Origin: a virus
Taxonomy: Duplodnaviria; Caudoviricetes
IMG/VR virus record: IMGVR_UViG_3300020417_001896
Span: 1-61,332 of that record
DNA length: 61,332 nt
Reading direction: 5' to 3' (one strand)
Position numbers and translations under genes: made by a program. Positions 22,401 to 33,100 of the stretch are shown here, piece after piece. A model generated the notes under the pieces. That model saw nothing but the letters and a program-made list of their open reading frames with translations. It searched no databases and had not been told where the DNA came from. Within the stretch, counting starts at the first letter, position 1. Each line of letters opens with the position of its first letter.

Positions 22401-23573
22401 CCTCTGCCTCTCCTCTGTAGGAATCTTAATTCCATTAGGCTCATAAGAAGCCAACATAGGCATACGATATGAAATGAAGTTCCTGTTGATCTCAGTCCAA
22501 GACCCATTCCAACAATAAGCACCTCCAAGAACAGGGAGATTTCCTTTCGTAGAAGTAGTTGAGACTCCCTCTCCGAAATAACAGGCTTCGGCTTCTCTCA
22601 GAATACGAACGCTACCTAGTGAGTTTGACTTGTTCGCTTGAAGACTCGCAATCGCAGTACCTCCATTTATAAGGTCGGCTCTCTTCTTACCTGTTTGCAT
22701 TTCATACAGATCGTACTGACCTGTCATCTTACTTGGGAATGCAAACTGATCAGTACCCTCAATAAAGATAGGGTTGTCAGTCGGTTCTAAACCTACGCTC
22801 AGATTGACAGCCGCTACAACTCTACTCTCTATGTCAGCTACGCTAGAAGCAGGAGTGTAAGTGAGGTTTGTCGTGTTGTTATTTTCCCATCTTAAAAGAG
22901 CAAGTGTTCCTCGGTCAGCAGGAAATAAAAGACCTGATACTGTGAAGCCCTCATTAGCACTCGCCAACTCAGGTAATGCTGAGAAAGTATCAGCTACATC
23001 TTGTCTAGGGATTACACGAGCGTGTTGGTGAGCTGAAGACCCCTTTTGAATACTACAAAGAAATGAAGCAGGCTCCCCACCACCTAAAAGACTAGCGTCG
23101 GCTGTGTTGAATAAAGTGTCAGTCTTAGTCTCATTTGCAGGAACGGTGTCGAACAGATTATAGCCGAAAGTGTCGTTGGCAGGCACTTTGAAATGGCTCG
23201 CTGTATCTGCAATCGTAATCCCCTCAAAAGTGATACTTGATTTCCTAGTCCAAATAGGAGTGTCAGCTTGGAGGAGATTACCCCAATCAGGTGCGCCTGA
23301 ATGAGTAGAAGTTAAGCTACCAAAAGAGTAAGACTTACTAAGCTCACCTAATCGTGGAGGCTTGTTTTTAACTTGAGAAGCTAGGTCATCGAAATGACTT
23401 TGAGCGTCATCTCCAAGGTATGTCTCAAAAGGGTTCTCAGCAGAAATTTGTGAAGCGTCATAAGCGTCTTGCTCAATGAAGACCTGAGTCCTAAGATTAG
23501 CTTTGGCGTTGTCTTGGCAACTACTAGTTCCCTCGCCAACATTAACGATAATAGGAGGTGTACTCTTTGGCAT
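19437..23573 (-). CDS. large putative virion structural protein
   Basis: 1378 aa, S/T/G-rich, starts 2 bp after the 1079-aa baseplate-type gene; no catalytic motif recognised. Confidence 0.55.
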   Translation of the reverse strand: MPKSTPPIIVNVGEGTSSCQDNAKANLRTQVFIEQDAYDASQISAENPFETYLGDDAQSHFDDLASQVKNKPPRLGELSKSYSFGSLTSTHSGAPDWGNLLQADTPIWTRKSSITFEGITIADTASHFKVPANDTFGYNLFDTVPANETKTDTLFNTADASLLGGGEPASFLCSIQKGSSAHQHARVIPRQDVADTFSALPELASANEGFTVSGLLFPADRGTLALLRWENNNTTNLTYTPASSVADIESRVVAAVNLSVGLEPTDNPIFIEGTDQFAFPSKMTGQYDLYEMQTGKKRADLINGGTAIASLQANKSNSLGSVRILREAEACYFGEGVSTTSTKGNLPVLGGAYCWNGSWTEINRNFISYRMPMLASYEPNGIKIPTEERQRFFSTLQPASTTGELETAGNYITFGEDIYTFQVARFRHVVDYSELSPAVLETQSKKGSYALVHFKTEDAFENLVRDGLQPSEDDLWSVNFLNALEAENINNLAVDDDGFSDKGVPQVEPATDSISNPLVRPQINVYERAITNWRDSGFFYSLGIQHHQPISAPASDTLFNRENGYFTVISGVKYVLPKGSRPYRYQAPLNHPTKRNNVQVYVNFNNYSLSSFTNPHYMIETEDTNVARKFNDPFSIFHLNLASLTGEANLSVYTDLETTPSLRTDQTKIQSFLANYQDDPSTISTNVSNDVYDVTAEIYPEGDTGLCVISEGVLVGVSTKDPSYHYDGIATSSVSLPNQTGSNSITTEKVLYHSARLHSLIELTPTKTVRIYFEYPASANSSGRFFSIFRYDNEGFRIYQTLENLTSDISEVSSLNTGLNTDYPKYGASSASSHSATAGSPEATLEMVVGEDYFIEYGPGYSSMTTFHVIFITDEDVALTGGGVENNAISAKRTDQGNTSNFVTVWDRLGAGTAVFGINQVYVSTVDERSFHTSSLRYAFQPVAFDVNDFDMLEVEKSGTGLNYPQYGNFLETSRGIIAVQGLSFNTVYLGYLKYTNAYNPNQGGEELYRKPFSGLFTARKDTQERFLDESYRLDHRFYEVVDSAINNNLKGAGLPEGFLPIEVSVRDDSPVSTTEGDSKHGKAGFLRNGLHWQRGIQSGDYNIEGYAQVRGMPQLANNVLSGGKYGQPRRGVLTAPAIDYTASGFIPNETYQSSWQNSLTQYSSTTYTAGLADKYYAQPDNSLNTSGWKERAFSFVRTFDVDFSRSGTSENMAGTSRFKLRLVGLEFNNIDFQNAFRPITVYVKVPGLTTWLDVGRSNGDGPSKQSLEYDGAGCLISSQEGVLVEEAVHYLDLELEVGPNASFFVNSDNETPVLVKALFNYGFHTQNTTGTTFGLDLFGTDNTPTNRPLRDRRGLIGIEILRMSNGQNFDSDEVVVL

Positions 23574-23575
23574 TT

Positions 23576-26500
23576 CTATACTCCACTTAGAATTAGGTCT
23601 TTAGGTTTGTAGAAGCAAACTACAGTTCTCTGCTCAGTGCTTGAAAATCTGACCATGTTTGATCGAGAGCTAATTCCCTCTTCTTCGGGCTTCGTGGAAA
23701 GACCACATAAGACCCCTAAAACAATCTCGCCTTTTCGGAAATGTGGGTACGCATTTTCATCTTCAATACGAGCTATGAAAGGCAAAGCATTCTTGTGTAA
23801 AACACTCTCATCAAGTCGCTGAGAATAAGCGTTAGGCTGATAGTAAAAAGGTGATTGAGGTCGGTTGTCATATACCCCTTTATAAACCGCTCTCCTCTCT
23901 CCATCTGTGTCGGGAGAGTCAAACATAATCATACCTGTTGAGTCCATTGGCAAAACTGTAGGAAGCGCAATCAAACCTGAGTTGATAGAAATGTCTTCAA
24001 GAGTTATCTGCGTAGACCCCTGTAAGTCAGCTTCACTTGTATACCCTGCAATGCTTGGGTGTACCCCCAACTGAACTGAGGGAGAACCATAAGGATAAGA
24101 GTCTTCTGAGGTCGAGCTTCCTGCTTGTATAGACCACATCTTCTCTGAGACTTTAATAGGCTTTACAGAAATCCGAATAGGTAAGCTCGCAGGGTTATTT
24201 CTAGCACCGAAAGTTTGGTTAGCTCTCGCTTGATAATAAACTGCGACTTGATAACCATTCACACCGCTAGTTGGTATTGGTGCTCTCGCATAACTCTGAA
24301 CTTGAAGTAGTCTCTGCCCTGCAAATGGAGCTGTGAATGTTAGTTGGCTATTACTACTCCCTAAACTACTAGAGGCTAAGTTGACAACTACATTCGCATT
24401 TCCGTTTGTAGTATCAAGAATAACAGGGTCGTAGTTCGTGCTGTCATCTGCATGGACTTTCCAAGGCAACTTTATAGTGGTGTCGCTACTACTAACAAGA
24501 GTGTCAGTTATAGAGGTAGTTATTCTCTCCAAACTTACCTCTCTCACACCCTCACGGAAATATATGAGAGGTGATTGAGCGACTGAATCTGAAGCTCTCT
24601 GATTGCTGTCATATTCAATCACAGAGCCTGTCGGATAAGAACCACTTGTTGGAGTTGCTTGGTTAGAAATAGGAGTGGCACTTAAGCCCTCTCCCGCAGG
24701 GTATTCAACTAAGAGTGTTACAAAAATCCTACGAGGAGAACCAACATCTCCATTAGTTGCGTCTCCCACCATTTGATAGTCAACTACATTGTTTTGACCA
24801 CCGTCTACAGCAGTGCTGTTATAGTCAAGAGTTAGAGATATAGTGTTTGTCCCCAAACCCTCAACAAAAGAGAAATGGGCTTCTTGAGAAACAGAAGCGG
24901 TGTAGTTCCCCTCGTCATGCCAACAATCTAAAATATCAGTGATCTGAGTACCTGTGGGAAATAAGTCATCGAGGTGCAAGTTCTGACCTGCGCTCAAAGC
25001 ATCATTCCAAACCTTAAAAGACCCTGAGCCATCAAGAGAAGAAATGTCTATTTCTATTTCGTCTCCCTGATACCATTTTGTACCAGCAGCTTTTGAGACT
25101 GAGATTGCCCCCTGATGGTTATTCGTTCCGTCAGGATATATTTCTAAGACTAGTCGTGCCACTGTAGGGACATCAGAGAACCTAGAGCAGACATGATCAA
25201 AGTTGCGAATGAAGTTCCCTCGGTTAGTAGTCCCCCCCTTACCTGCGGGTACAAGTGTCGCTGACCTACCTATTTCATCACAAACCATAGGTGCTACACT
25301 CAGTGAACCACTACCACTCGCTATAGCCCTAAAGTCTGAGCTGTCCATGAACCAAGTTTTAAGTTGGTTGTCGAGCAGGAAGCCAAACTGCCTATCTAAC
25401 TCTGCGCTGTAGTCTACACCTCTAGGAAATACTCTCTTTCTAATGTCGAGTATGTCCGAATCGACAATAACATCTGAGAATAACCCATCGGGTCGATCTG
25501 ACTCTCCCACCCCAATTGTTATCGTGGCATTAGTGTCGAGGTTTGCATTTGTTAAAGAAGCGTGATTGTGTAGTAGAGCGTTGTTCGCTTGGATTTCAGG
25601 GTCAAACTGACCCTCATTTCTCCTAAAAACAAAACAAACAGGGATAGCGTACACATAGCCATCGACAGTATTGAAAGCAGTAGCGGAACTCTGAGTGCCA
25701 TCACCTGCAATGTATAGTCCTGCGTCTAAAGGGTGGTAGTTTTTTAAAGTGTTGACTACATACTCATTGCCGTTTGCAGGAGAGAAATACTGACTCGCAA
25801 CGGGAGCTGATTGACCTCCCTGTGCGAAGATATTCTGATTACTAAAACCATCGGGTTGGGTTTTAGGGTCAGAGCCTGTACCTCCATTGGAGTAATGGAA
25901 GTCAGCCGAGTACACTCTGAAGCGATACTGCATTTGAACTCTACGAGTCGTTTCCCCTATAGCTCCGTCTCTAATGTCGTCTGTATGGTCTAAACTAGAG
26001 TCGGACTGTGTATTTCCTGCAAAGTGAATCTTATTGGGTGCAGGAATCCCTTCACCATTCGTCCCACCCACAGGATTGGTTGTGGAAGCCCCTGCACTTG
26101 TCGTACTTAAAACAATCTGATTTCCGTTTGCCCCACCATCAAAAGTAAGGTGAGCAAACTCAGTTCCTCTTGTCTCTGCTGAGACGTTCACTCCGAGAGT
26201 AGAAATGAGGTTTATTTCATCACTCAGATTACGAGCCGTCTCATAAGCAGTAGCACCTATATCGAAGTCAGTGCCTGCAACAAGGTTGATTGTCGCTCCT
26301 CCGATGGCTGTACCATCTAAGGTAAATATCTGTCCTGCTGTGATTGCTGTGTTATCGAGTATTCTGAAGTTGCCTCTAGCTTCAGAAGCAGGCGTGACTA
26401 AAGCCTGCCAAACCTCAAGAAATACGAAATCAGTTCTCTTGATGTCAGGGGCGACACCTAAAGGAGATGAAGGCGCAGGTAACTGAATCTTATTCAGCCC

Positions 26501-26815
26501 GTTTGCAGTGCTCCCTCCCACATATATTTCGTACCCTGCCACGTTCACTGTAAATGGGTTTATCCATATTGTGTTTGCTTGGAAATTGGGGTCGGAAATA
26601 TCGTAGTAGACAAAGTTTTCACCACCCTCACTTACGGGTGATTCTGAGACAATACCACTAGGTAAAGGTTTACTGCTTCTTTGCTGAGAAATGTTTTGGA
26701 CAAGGTTCAGCTCTCTATCGAGAACAGGCTTGCCTGTTTGATAAACAACACTCACCCAAGATTTATATGTCGGATCTAAGTTGCCTGATGTTGTGGAAAT
26801 AAATTGCTTTGCCAT
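23576..26815 (-). CDS. baseplate wedge-type virion protein (paralog of 476-5905)
   Basis: 1079 aa with a GAGGA SD. N-terminal DPTYKSWVSVVYQTGKPVLDRELNLVQ is DUF4815/DUF6519-like; colinear motif blocks match the 1809-aa ORF. Confidence 0.7.
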   Translation of the reverse strand: MAKQFISTTSGNLDPTYKSWVSVVYQTGKPVLDRELNLVQNISQQRSSKPLPSGIVSESPVSEGGENFVYYDISDPNFQANTIWINPFTVNVAGYEIYVGGSTANGLNKIQLPAPSSPLGVAPDIKRTDFVFLEVWQALVTPASEARGNFRILDNTAITAGQIFTLDGTAIGGATINLVAGTDFDIGATAYETARNLSDEINLISTLGVNVSAETRGTEFAHLTFDGGANGNQIVLSTTSAGASTTNPVGGTNGEGIPAPNKIHFAGNTQSDSSLDHTDDIRDGAIGETTRRVQMQYRFRVYSADFHYSNGGTGSDPKTQPDGFSNQNIFAQGGQSAPVASQYFSPANGNEYVVNTLKNYHPLDAGLYIAGDGTQSSATAFNTVDGYVYAIPVCFVFRRNEGQFDPEIQANNALLHNHASLTNANLDTNATITIGVGESDRPDGLFSDVIVDSDILDIRKRVFPRGVDYSAELDRQFGFLLDNQLKTWFMDSSDFRAIASGSGSLSVAPMVCDEIGRSATLVPAGKGGTTNRGNFIRNFDHVCSRFSDVPTVARLVLEIYPDGTNNHQGAISVSKAAGTKWYQGDEIEIDISSLDGSGSFKVWNDALSAGQNLHLDDLFPTGTQITDILDCWHDEGNYTASVSQEAHFSFVEGLGTNTISLTLDYNSTAVDGGQNNVVDYQMVGDATNGDVGSPRRIFVTLLVEYPAGEGLSATPISNQATPTSGSYPTGSVIEYDSNQRASDSVAQSPLIYFREGVREVSLERITTSITDTLVSSSDTTIKLPWKVHADDSTNYDPVILDTTNGNANVVVNLASSSLGSSNSQLTFTAPFAGQRLLQVQSYARAPIPTSGVNGYQVAVYYQARANQTFGARNNPASLPIRISVKPIKVSEKMWSIQAGSSTSEDSYPYGSPSVQLGVHPSIAGYTSEADLQGSTQITLEDISINSGLIALPTVLPMDSTGMIMFDSPDTDGERRAVYKGVYDNRPQSPFYYQPNAYSQRLDESVLHKNALPFIARIEDENAYPHFRKGEIVLGVLCGLSTKPEEEGISSRSNMVRFSSTEQRTVVCFYKPKDLILSGV

Positions 26816-26833
26816 TCTTTATTCCTCGCTTTC

Positions 26834-27463
26834 TTAAAAGGTAAGTCTCCAAGTAAGAGCGAGAACAGCCCCCGATGGTTTATTGATCACAGGAAATGTG
26901 AGGTAGTTAACAAGTACGTCAAAAGTAGTTAGGTTGAGCGCAGTGTTTCTAGCAGGGAAAACATCAGTGTTCAGACTTGTACTTGGAACTTGAGTCGTAT
27001 CTCTCGCAGAAACGAGTCCCATTTCAACCAAACCACCCACGGCTTCGGACTCGTTAAAAACAGTTGTAAGATCGACAACATTAGTAGGCACAGAACTCTC
27101 TGTCCCGTCTGCATTTCGGTATACGACAGAGCTGAAAGTTTTTCTCGTCAGCTCAACTCTCAGAGTTCTTTGACGATTATCTGCAAGATCAGGAGAGTTT
27201 TGATCTCCCGAATACCCTGTACCAACAGCTAACATATTCACAGGGTTCGCTCCTGCTTGCCCACTGAATAGCATAGCCGCTAGAATACCACCGTCTAAGG
27301 TGTATATGTTTTTCTTATCTAAAACTACCTGCTCAGTGCCGTCAGGAAATGTCATTCTTCCCATTACATCACCTCGCACTTTGTAGGTGTTATCTTGGAA
27401 TGAAAAACCTAGTCCAAAACCTGTCGTAGCAGGAGCGTTAATCTTATCTTTTACGTTACTCAT
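26834..27463 (-). CDS. baseplate wedge / tail-collar fibre-like protein
   Basis: 209 aa. The pattern LAVGTG...ELTRK...TTVFNESEAVGGLVEMGL...FPVINK...LTWRLTF is typical of small myophage baseplate/tail-collar proteins; AGGAGG SD. Confidence 0.7.
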   Translation of the reverse strand: MSNVKDKINAPATTGFGLGFSFQDNTYKVRGDVMGRMTFPDGTEQVVLDKKNIYTLDGGILAAMLFSGQAGANPVNMLAVGTGYSGDQNSPDLADNRQRTLRVELTRKTFSSVVYRNADGTESSVPTNVVDLTTVFNESEAVGGLVEMGLVSARDTTQVPSTSLNTDVFPARNTALNLTTFDVLVNYLTFPVINKPSGAVLALTWRLTF

Positions 27464-27526
27464 TATATCCTCCTATTAGGGGCTTACCTACTTTCATCAT
27501 ACCCATGTGAGTTATAAAGCAATAAC

Positions 27527-30133
27527 TCAGATAAACTCAAAGACCACAAAGTCTTTGATTACATTTCTTGATTGAACAAGTTGTGTTTCTCCACCTACCA
27601 AACTGCTAGACGAATTTAAAATTAAACTAGGGGCATACACCCGATCTCTATCCTGCGCTACAGAGTTCGTATTCTGATAACTAGCTCCCGATAATGAAAG
27701 TCGAGTTAAGTCATCGTCATAGAATACTTGCTCACCTGCTTGCCCCTCACTCTGAACAGAAACATTTTGGTTTGTCTTTCGGTCTTGGTCGGACTCTCCT
27801 GATCTGAGAATCCTACCTTGAGGGTTAGACATTATTTCTTCAACAGAGGGCTCTGCACTCCCAAGCTCAAACAAGTCAAAAGGGACTTGCCCCTCACTCA
27901 GAATCAAGTTCCCTGATGACCAACCCTGCCCTGACTTCAAAGGTGTGAGAGAAATAGCCTCTAACTCTATCGTCGTACCATTCTCTATGCCAGATGTGAA
28001 AAGAACACCCTTTTCAACAGTGTAATCTATTTCTGTTTTAGTGTCTGAAATAACAGTCTTAACAGATAAGATGTCTCTAGGGAAAAACCCGAACTGATAA
28101 AGAGGTACTTGGTTATTGCTGACCGTAGCTCTCCCCACAGCAAAAGACGACACCCGATCTGACGGAATACTCTGAACTTGGTCTGATCGGTTCAGGTAAA
28201 ATAAACTAGGGTTTGAAGACTCCCCTACCTCCCTCAAAGATGGGTCTAAAGGCTTACCTAATATTAGGTTTTTATTTCCTAGACCATGAGTTCTTTTCAC
28301 ACCTGTTTGAAGGGAGAAATAGCTACTGTTCAATGGGGTTACAATCTGAGTTGAAAACAACCCTACACTCGGCTTGTCTCCATAAAACGAACCCCTCTGA
28401 ACACCTGCGTAGCTCTCTACTTTACTATCAAGAATTGTTCTTGCACCCAAAGCTCCTGTCTCTTGGCGCACTCTTCTCGGTGCGTTCAAAACAAAGGTCT
28501 GACTGTTCAAGTCCGTAAAGCTAAATACGTCTCCCTCTCCATAAGGAACAAGGAAGTTTATTTCTGTACCATTAGCAATAAGACTACCAAGCAAAACCTC
28601 ATTCGTTAAAGGGTTGTAAGAGGTGATTGTATGACCCTCTACGCTCTGAATGTCGTTCTTAGTTGTGGGGAAGCCCATAAAAGACTTCCTTATCGGTGCT
28701 TTGATTTTTGCGGTAGTTACCACATCAGCGGGGTCATTCTGAACGATGTGGCTAATCAACCTATTTCTCTTCCGAGAAGAAACCCAAGTGTAGTCTAAAA
28801 ATAGAACCTCAACTAAACCACTCGTACTCCCTACATTGTCGAGTGTCATTTCTAAGGCTCTCAAGTAGAATACATTTCTAGCTCTCACCTCTACAAAGAA
28901 AGCGGAACCTTCTAAGAGTATTAACTCACCCTCACCCACAAACGGCAGGTTTGCATTTCCTATATCTGCTGTGAAATAACCGAGCGCATTTACAGTACCT
29001 GTACCTGTCTCTCCCAAACGAGGTAAAGACCAATTATAGCTTCCTGTTTCGGGTCTAACTTCTGTTAAGTCTTGAACACGTCTGTACTGCTGAAAGTTGT
29101 ATACAATATCACCATTTCCATTAGTGGACTCAACACGAGTAAGAAGCCTATCTGCTTTGTTAACCAAAGAGCGATAAACACGGACATATTTAGCTGAGGC
29201 ATATCCGTAAATAAGACTCTCGTAATTACCTGCCCTCGCTTTCCTCATATTTTCTTGAAGACTATACCCTAAAGAGAAATGTAGGTCAGACCCAAAACTC
29301 TCTGTAAACCCACCCAACCCATCAGGGCTGTATACACCTGTTGAAGTCGTGGGGGTTGATATATTTTCCCCTATGATTGAGCTTACTTCCCCTACTTTAA
29401 TATGCGCAGGTTTAGTAGTGTTAAGGAGCTTACGGAGATTGTTTTGCAGGTTTATAATCTGAGGAGGAAGCCCAAACTCTACTGTGTGAGTATGTCCGTT
29501 AGCTTCTTGAACGACACCATTAATTATCTCATGCTGATGTAGCTCGTCTCCCCACCTGTAGCCTATGGGGTGTAAGGTAGAACCGACTCCTGTTTTGGGA
29601 GCTAAGACTAAATGTCTATGAGAGTCAGAACCTCCTGTGCTCGTATATCCAAGTAGAGCAGTAGACACAGAAATGAGATGGTTGCTAACCTGCGTTATCT
29701 CTACCTCAGAACCCCCTGCTGACTTAGTGAGTAGTTCAGAAATGACTGTCTCTTCAGAACCCTGTACGAGTGCCTTGGTAGTGTCGAGTATAATCTGTTT
29801 TAAAGTGTAGTCATCGGAGGCTACAGGAGTGTCTTCTTCTTCAAAGACAAGAGACGTGATTTTGGTAGTGAGGAACTCGGCTCTCAAATCTGAAATAGAG
29901 GAGTCATCTTCTAGGTCAGTGATGTCGAGGATTACCTTTGCAAACACTTCAGCCACACCGTCATAGATTATTCTATGGTTAGGTCCAAACTGCTCCGTGT
30001 TGTAGTTTGAAGCTGTACCACTAGCGAGCGTCTCTGAAATAGAGTTCGAGAGACTACGAACAAGAAGTCGATTCAGAGTTGATCTTGTCCCAAGTACATC
30101 TCTCGACTCTCTAAGGTCATAAGGTAAACTCAT
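27527..30133 (-). CDS. baseplate wedge protein, P2 gpI / T4 gp7-like, extended
   Basis: 868 aa overlapping the end of the J-like gene; LRKLLNTTKPAHIKV matches the gpI-family KPAH signature; contains an HRH/HQH/HTH cluster. Confidence 0.65.
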   Translation of the reverse strand: MSLPYDLRESRDVLGTRSTLNRLLVRSLSNSISETLASGTASNYNTEQFGPNHRIIYDGVAEVFAKVILDITDLEDDSSISDLRAEFLTTKITSLVFEEEDTPVASDDYTLKQIILDTTKALVQGSEETVISELLTKSAGGSEVEITQVSNHLISVSTALLGYTSTGGSDSHRHLVLAPKTGVGSTLHPIGYRWGDELHQHEIINGVVQEANGHTHTVEFGLPPQIINLQNNLRKLLNTTKPAHIKVGEVSSIIGENISTPTTSTGVYSPDGLGGFTESFGSDLHFSLGYSLQENMRKARAGNYESLIYGYASAKYVRVYRSLVNKADRLLTRVESTNGNGDIVYNFQQYRRVQDLTEVRPETGSYNWSLPRLGETGTGTVNALGYFTADIGNANLPFVGEGELILLEGSAFFVEVRARNVFYLRALEMTLDNVGSTSGLVEVLFLDYTWVSSRKRNRLISHIVQNDPADVVTTAKIKAPIRKSFMGFPTTKNDIQSVEGHTITSYNPLTNEVLLGSLIANGTEINFLVPYGEGDVFSFTDLNSQTFVLNAPRRVRQETGALGARTILDSKVESYAGVQRGSFYGDKPSVGLFSTQIVTPLNSSYFSLQTGVKRTHGLGNKNLILGKPLDPSLREVGESSNPSLFYLNRSDQVQSIPSDRVSSFAVGRATVSNNQVPLYQFGFFPRDILSVKTVISDTKTEIDYTVEKGVLFTSGIENGTTIELEAISLTPLKSGQGWSSGNLILSEGQVPFDLFELGSAEPSVEEIMSNPQGRILRSGESDQDRKTNQNVSVQSEGQAGEQVFYDDDLTRLSLSGASYQNTNSVAQDRDRVYAPSLILNSSSSLVGGETQLVQSRNVIKDFVVFEFI

Positions 30134-33100
30134 TGTACCTCCTCAAAAGTGAAGCTCAATTCTCCCACAGAGAACGCTGAGAAGTTGTTTAACCTCGCCT
30201 CAGAAATGACTTCATCTTTATCTTCGACTACATAGTCTACTTCAAAAGTATAAGCAGATGGGTCGTCTCCGATTTCAAGACCGACTACAATCTTACTACT
30301 ACTATCCTCCACTCCTGCTAAGCCTGCATTTCCTATGAATGAAGCAGTATTTGACAGCCAATTTGAGGACACAACTCTTTGAACGTCATCAAGCAACGCC
30401 AAAGATGTCTCTACTCCCGTGGATTTATTTCTCTTAAAGATACGAGCACCCTCTCCACCCTTATCTTGAGGTGTGTTTAGAAGCCTAGTATCGACCACCC
30501 AAACCTTTACCCTAGAGTTAGAAAGAGAGGTTATTTCCCTGTACCCACCAAGAGAAATTAAGACTTCTTCTCGGACAATGAAAGCACCCTCCTCAAAAGA
30601 CATTCTTGTGAGAGGTAAGCTCACATGACTAACACCCTCAGTTGCATTTATTTCTCTGATCACTTCGGAGGGTCTGACTGCGCCACCAACAGACTCAGAA
30701 AGTATGAAACTTGTGAGCCTGTATCTTAGTAAGCTGTTTACCTCAGCAGAAGAATAGCCTGCCTCAAGAATGACTGTAGCTGTTATGCTCAAAGGCACTT
30801 CTCTGATTTCCTTGACGACAACATCAGCACCCAAGTTTTTCTGTTCGTCTAAAATCGTCTGAGCTGTCTGAACTACAAGGTTTGTAGTGTATGTAACTAC
30901 GATGTTCTCTAGGTACTCATAAGAAATGAGTATCACCTCCCCGTCAGAAATGTTACTTGCGCTTGTACGCTTAATAGAAATCTGACCTACACCATCGTCA
31001 TCTATGGTGTAGTCGGGACTTGAGGTGTAGGGATTAGAGTATATCTTTCCTGTTAGACTCTTAACGACTAAAGAAAGAGGGTCTGCTCCAAGTTTATCAA
31101 GTCTCTCCTCGTAAAAGCCCACGATTGTATGGCTTTCTTCGGACACTGTTTTGATCTTATTCTTGTCTTCGTTAGAGAGTGTGATGGACACGAAATCTTT
31201 AGACGAACCTCCAAGCAAAAGAGGGTCGTTATTCGTGTTCACTTTGTAGTTTTCTACACTACTCCCATCTTCCCAAACGACACTTGAAACACTGCGTACA
31301 GGTTGCCTTGAAAGGAACATTTCTGAAGTAGAGTCGCTTCTCCAATCACCTAGCAAAACTTCTGTGATTGTGTAGCTTGGCTGAACAATAGAAATGTCGA
31401 GCGCAATCGTCCGATAATCTTCAACGGTGTAGCCCGTGAGATCGAAGTATTCTCCGTTCGACTTTCTTAATCCGTACTGTATTCGTAAAGTAGTGTCGGG
31501 GTTGTAAAATGACCTGTTAATCATTTCATAGATGGGCTTATCTACTGTCGCTTCTAATGACCTAAAACGATAAGCACCCAAGCCACCTACAGGCACAAAT
31601 CGAGAGCCGAAAGACGACTGAAATGAGGGTGCGAAGATGTCTGTTACTTGACTCAGACTTTCGCCTTTAATCCATATATCAACAGCACCTCCAAGTCCTT
31701 GATCTCTCTTCATGTAAATACTTGATGCGTCTACAACAAAAGAGTCTTGGACTCCTGCCACAGCCCTACTCAAACGCTCATAACCACCTCTAGTGCCTCC
31801 ATCTATAGAGTTCAAAGCACCTAAAGCCCTAGTGGTCAATTCTAAGTTTGTTTCTCGATCTAAGCCACCGAATGTTGGAGACGGGTTAGTTACTGATAGC
31901 CCTAGAGGTGCGCCTTGATTGATCTGACCCGATGTGAGATTTCCGATTAGACCACCATCTACTGCCACAACAGGTGCTGTTACAGAATAACTCTTAGTTA
32001 CAGGATTGTAGAACTGAGACGCAGACTCTAAAGGTATGCTGACATTCGTAGTCGTCTGAAATATAACTGTTCCGCTTTCAACAACAGTGCCTGAAGGGAT
32101 ATTAAAACTGAATGTAGGAGGAGTCTTTGTTGAAAAGACAACCTCACCTCTCGCTTGGCTTGACTCTCTACGAGACACCCCAAAGTTTGAAGCGAGCTTC
32201 TCAAAACTAGCGTCAATCAAAGCCTGTACTTGAGAAGCGTCTTGGAGAAATAGAGCTGACTGTAATGCTGTCTTATACTGAGAGTTCTCTACTGTCAAAG
32301 ACCTACCCTCATTTAAAGGGTCATCTATCTGAAGCAACCCTAAGAAGCTAGAGCTACGGTAGGAGTAATCTAGCAAAAACCTAGAACGCTCCATTTCTGA
32401 AACGATGGGGTCTATAATAATATCTCGAACAACGCTACCTGCCTGCACAGAAATGTCAGGCTGAGCAAGGTAGATTGATCTGATCATTTCCCTTGTCAGA
32501 TCGTCTCTCGAAACTACAGGGATAGAAGTATTTGAAGCCTGAATCTGAACGGGCTTACCCGACACCTCTGTTGAATACGCAGACTCGACCTCAACTCCAT
32601 CTACAACCTTTGTTGAAGTTATGATGTAAAACAAAGGACTTGAAGCAGGTAAGCTCGCAAAACTCCCGTTTAAGATTGTAGGTGGGAACGTATCTTCTGT
32701 CCCACCCCTAAAGTGCCTAAAAGAGATTTCTGTGCGTAAGTAAACTTGGCTTATTACCGAAGAAACCCTCATACGACTGACAGACTCAGGGACTTCTATT
32801 TCCCCTACTGTCGTGTTCGACACATCTACGGTGTTTACCTTTTGAGTCAGACTTACTTCTGCAATCAATGGGTCTACGTCTTCAGCAGATATATCATTGA
32901 CCACCGTACCTACGTTTTCAACCACCTCTGACCGACTACCGTATTTCGCAGGGTCTATAGGCTCAAGATTAATCTGACTATATCCCTCAGCTCCGCCTCC
33001 CGAAATGGTACTCGCATACAAAGTATAGAAAACAACATCAGAGTCCACATGAGGAAACACTATGTTTACTGCGTTCGCTTCCCTGCGTACAGAAATACCC

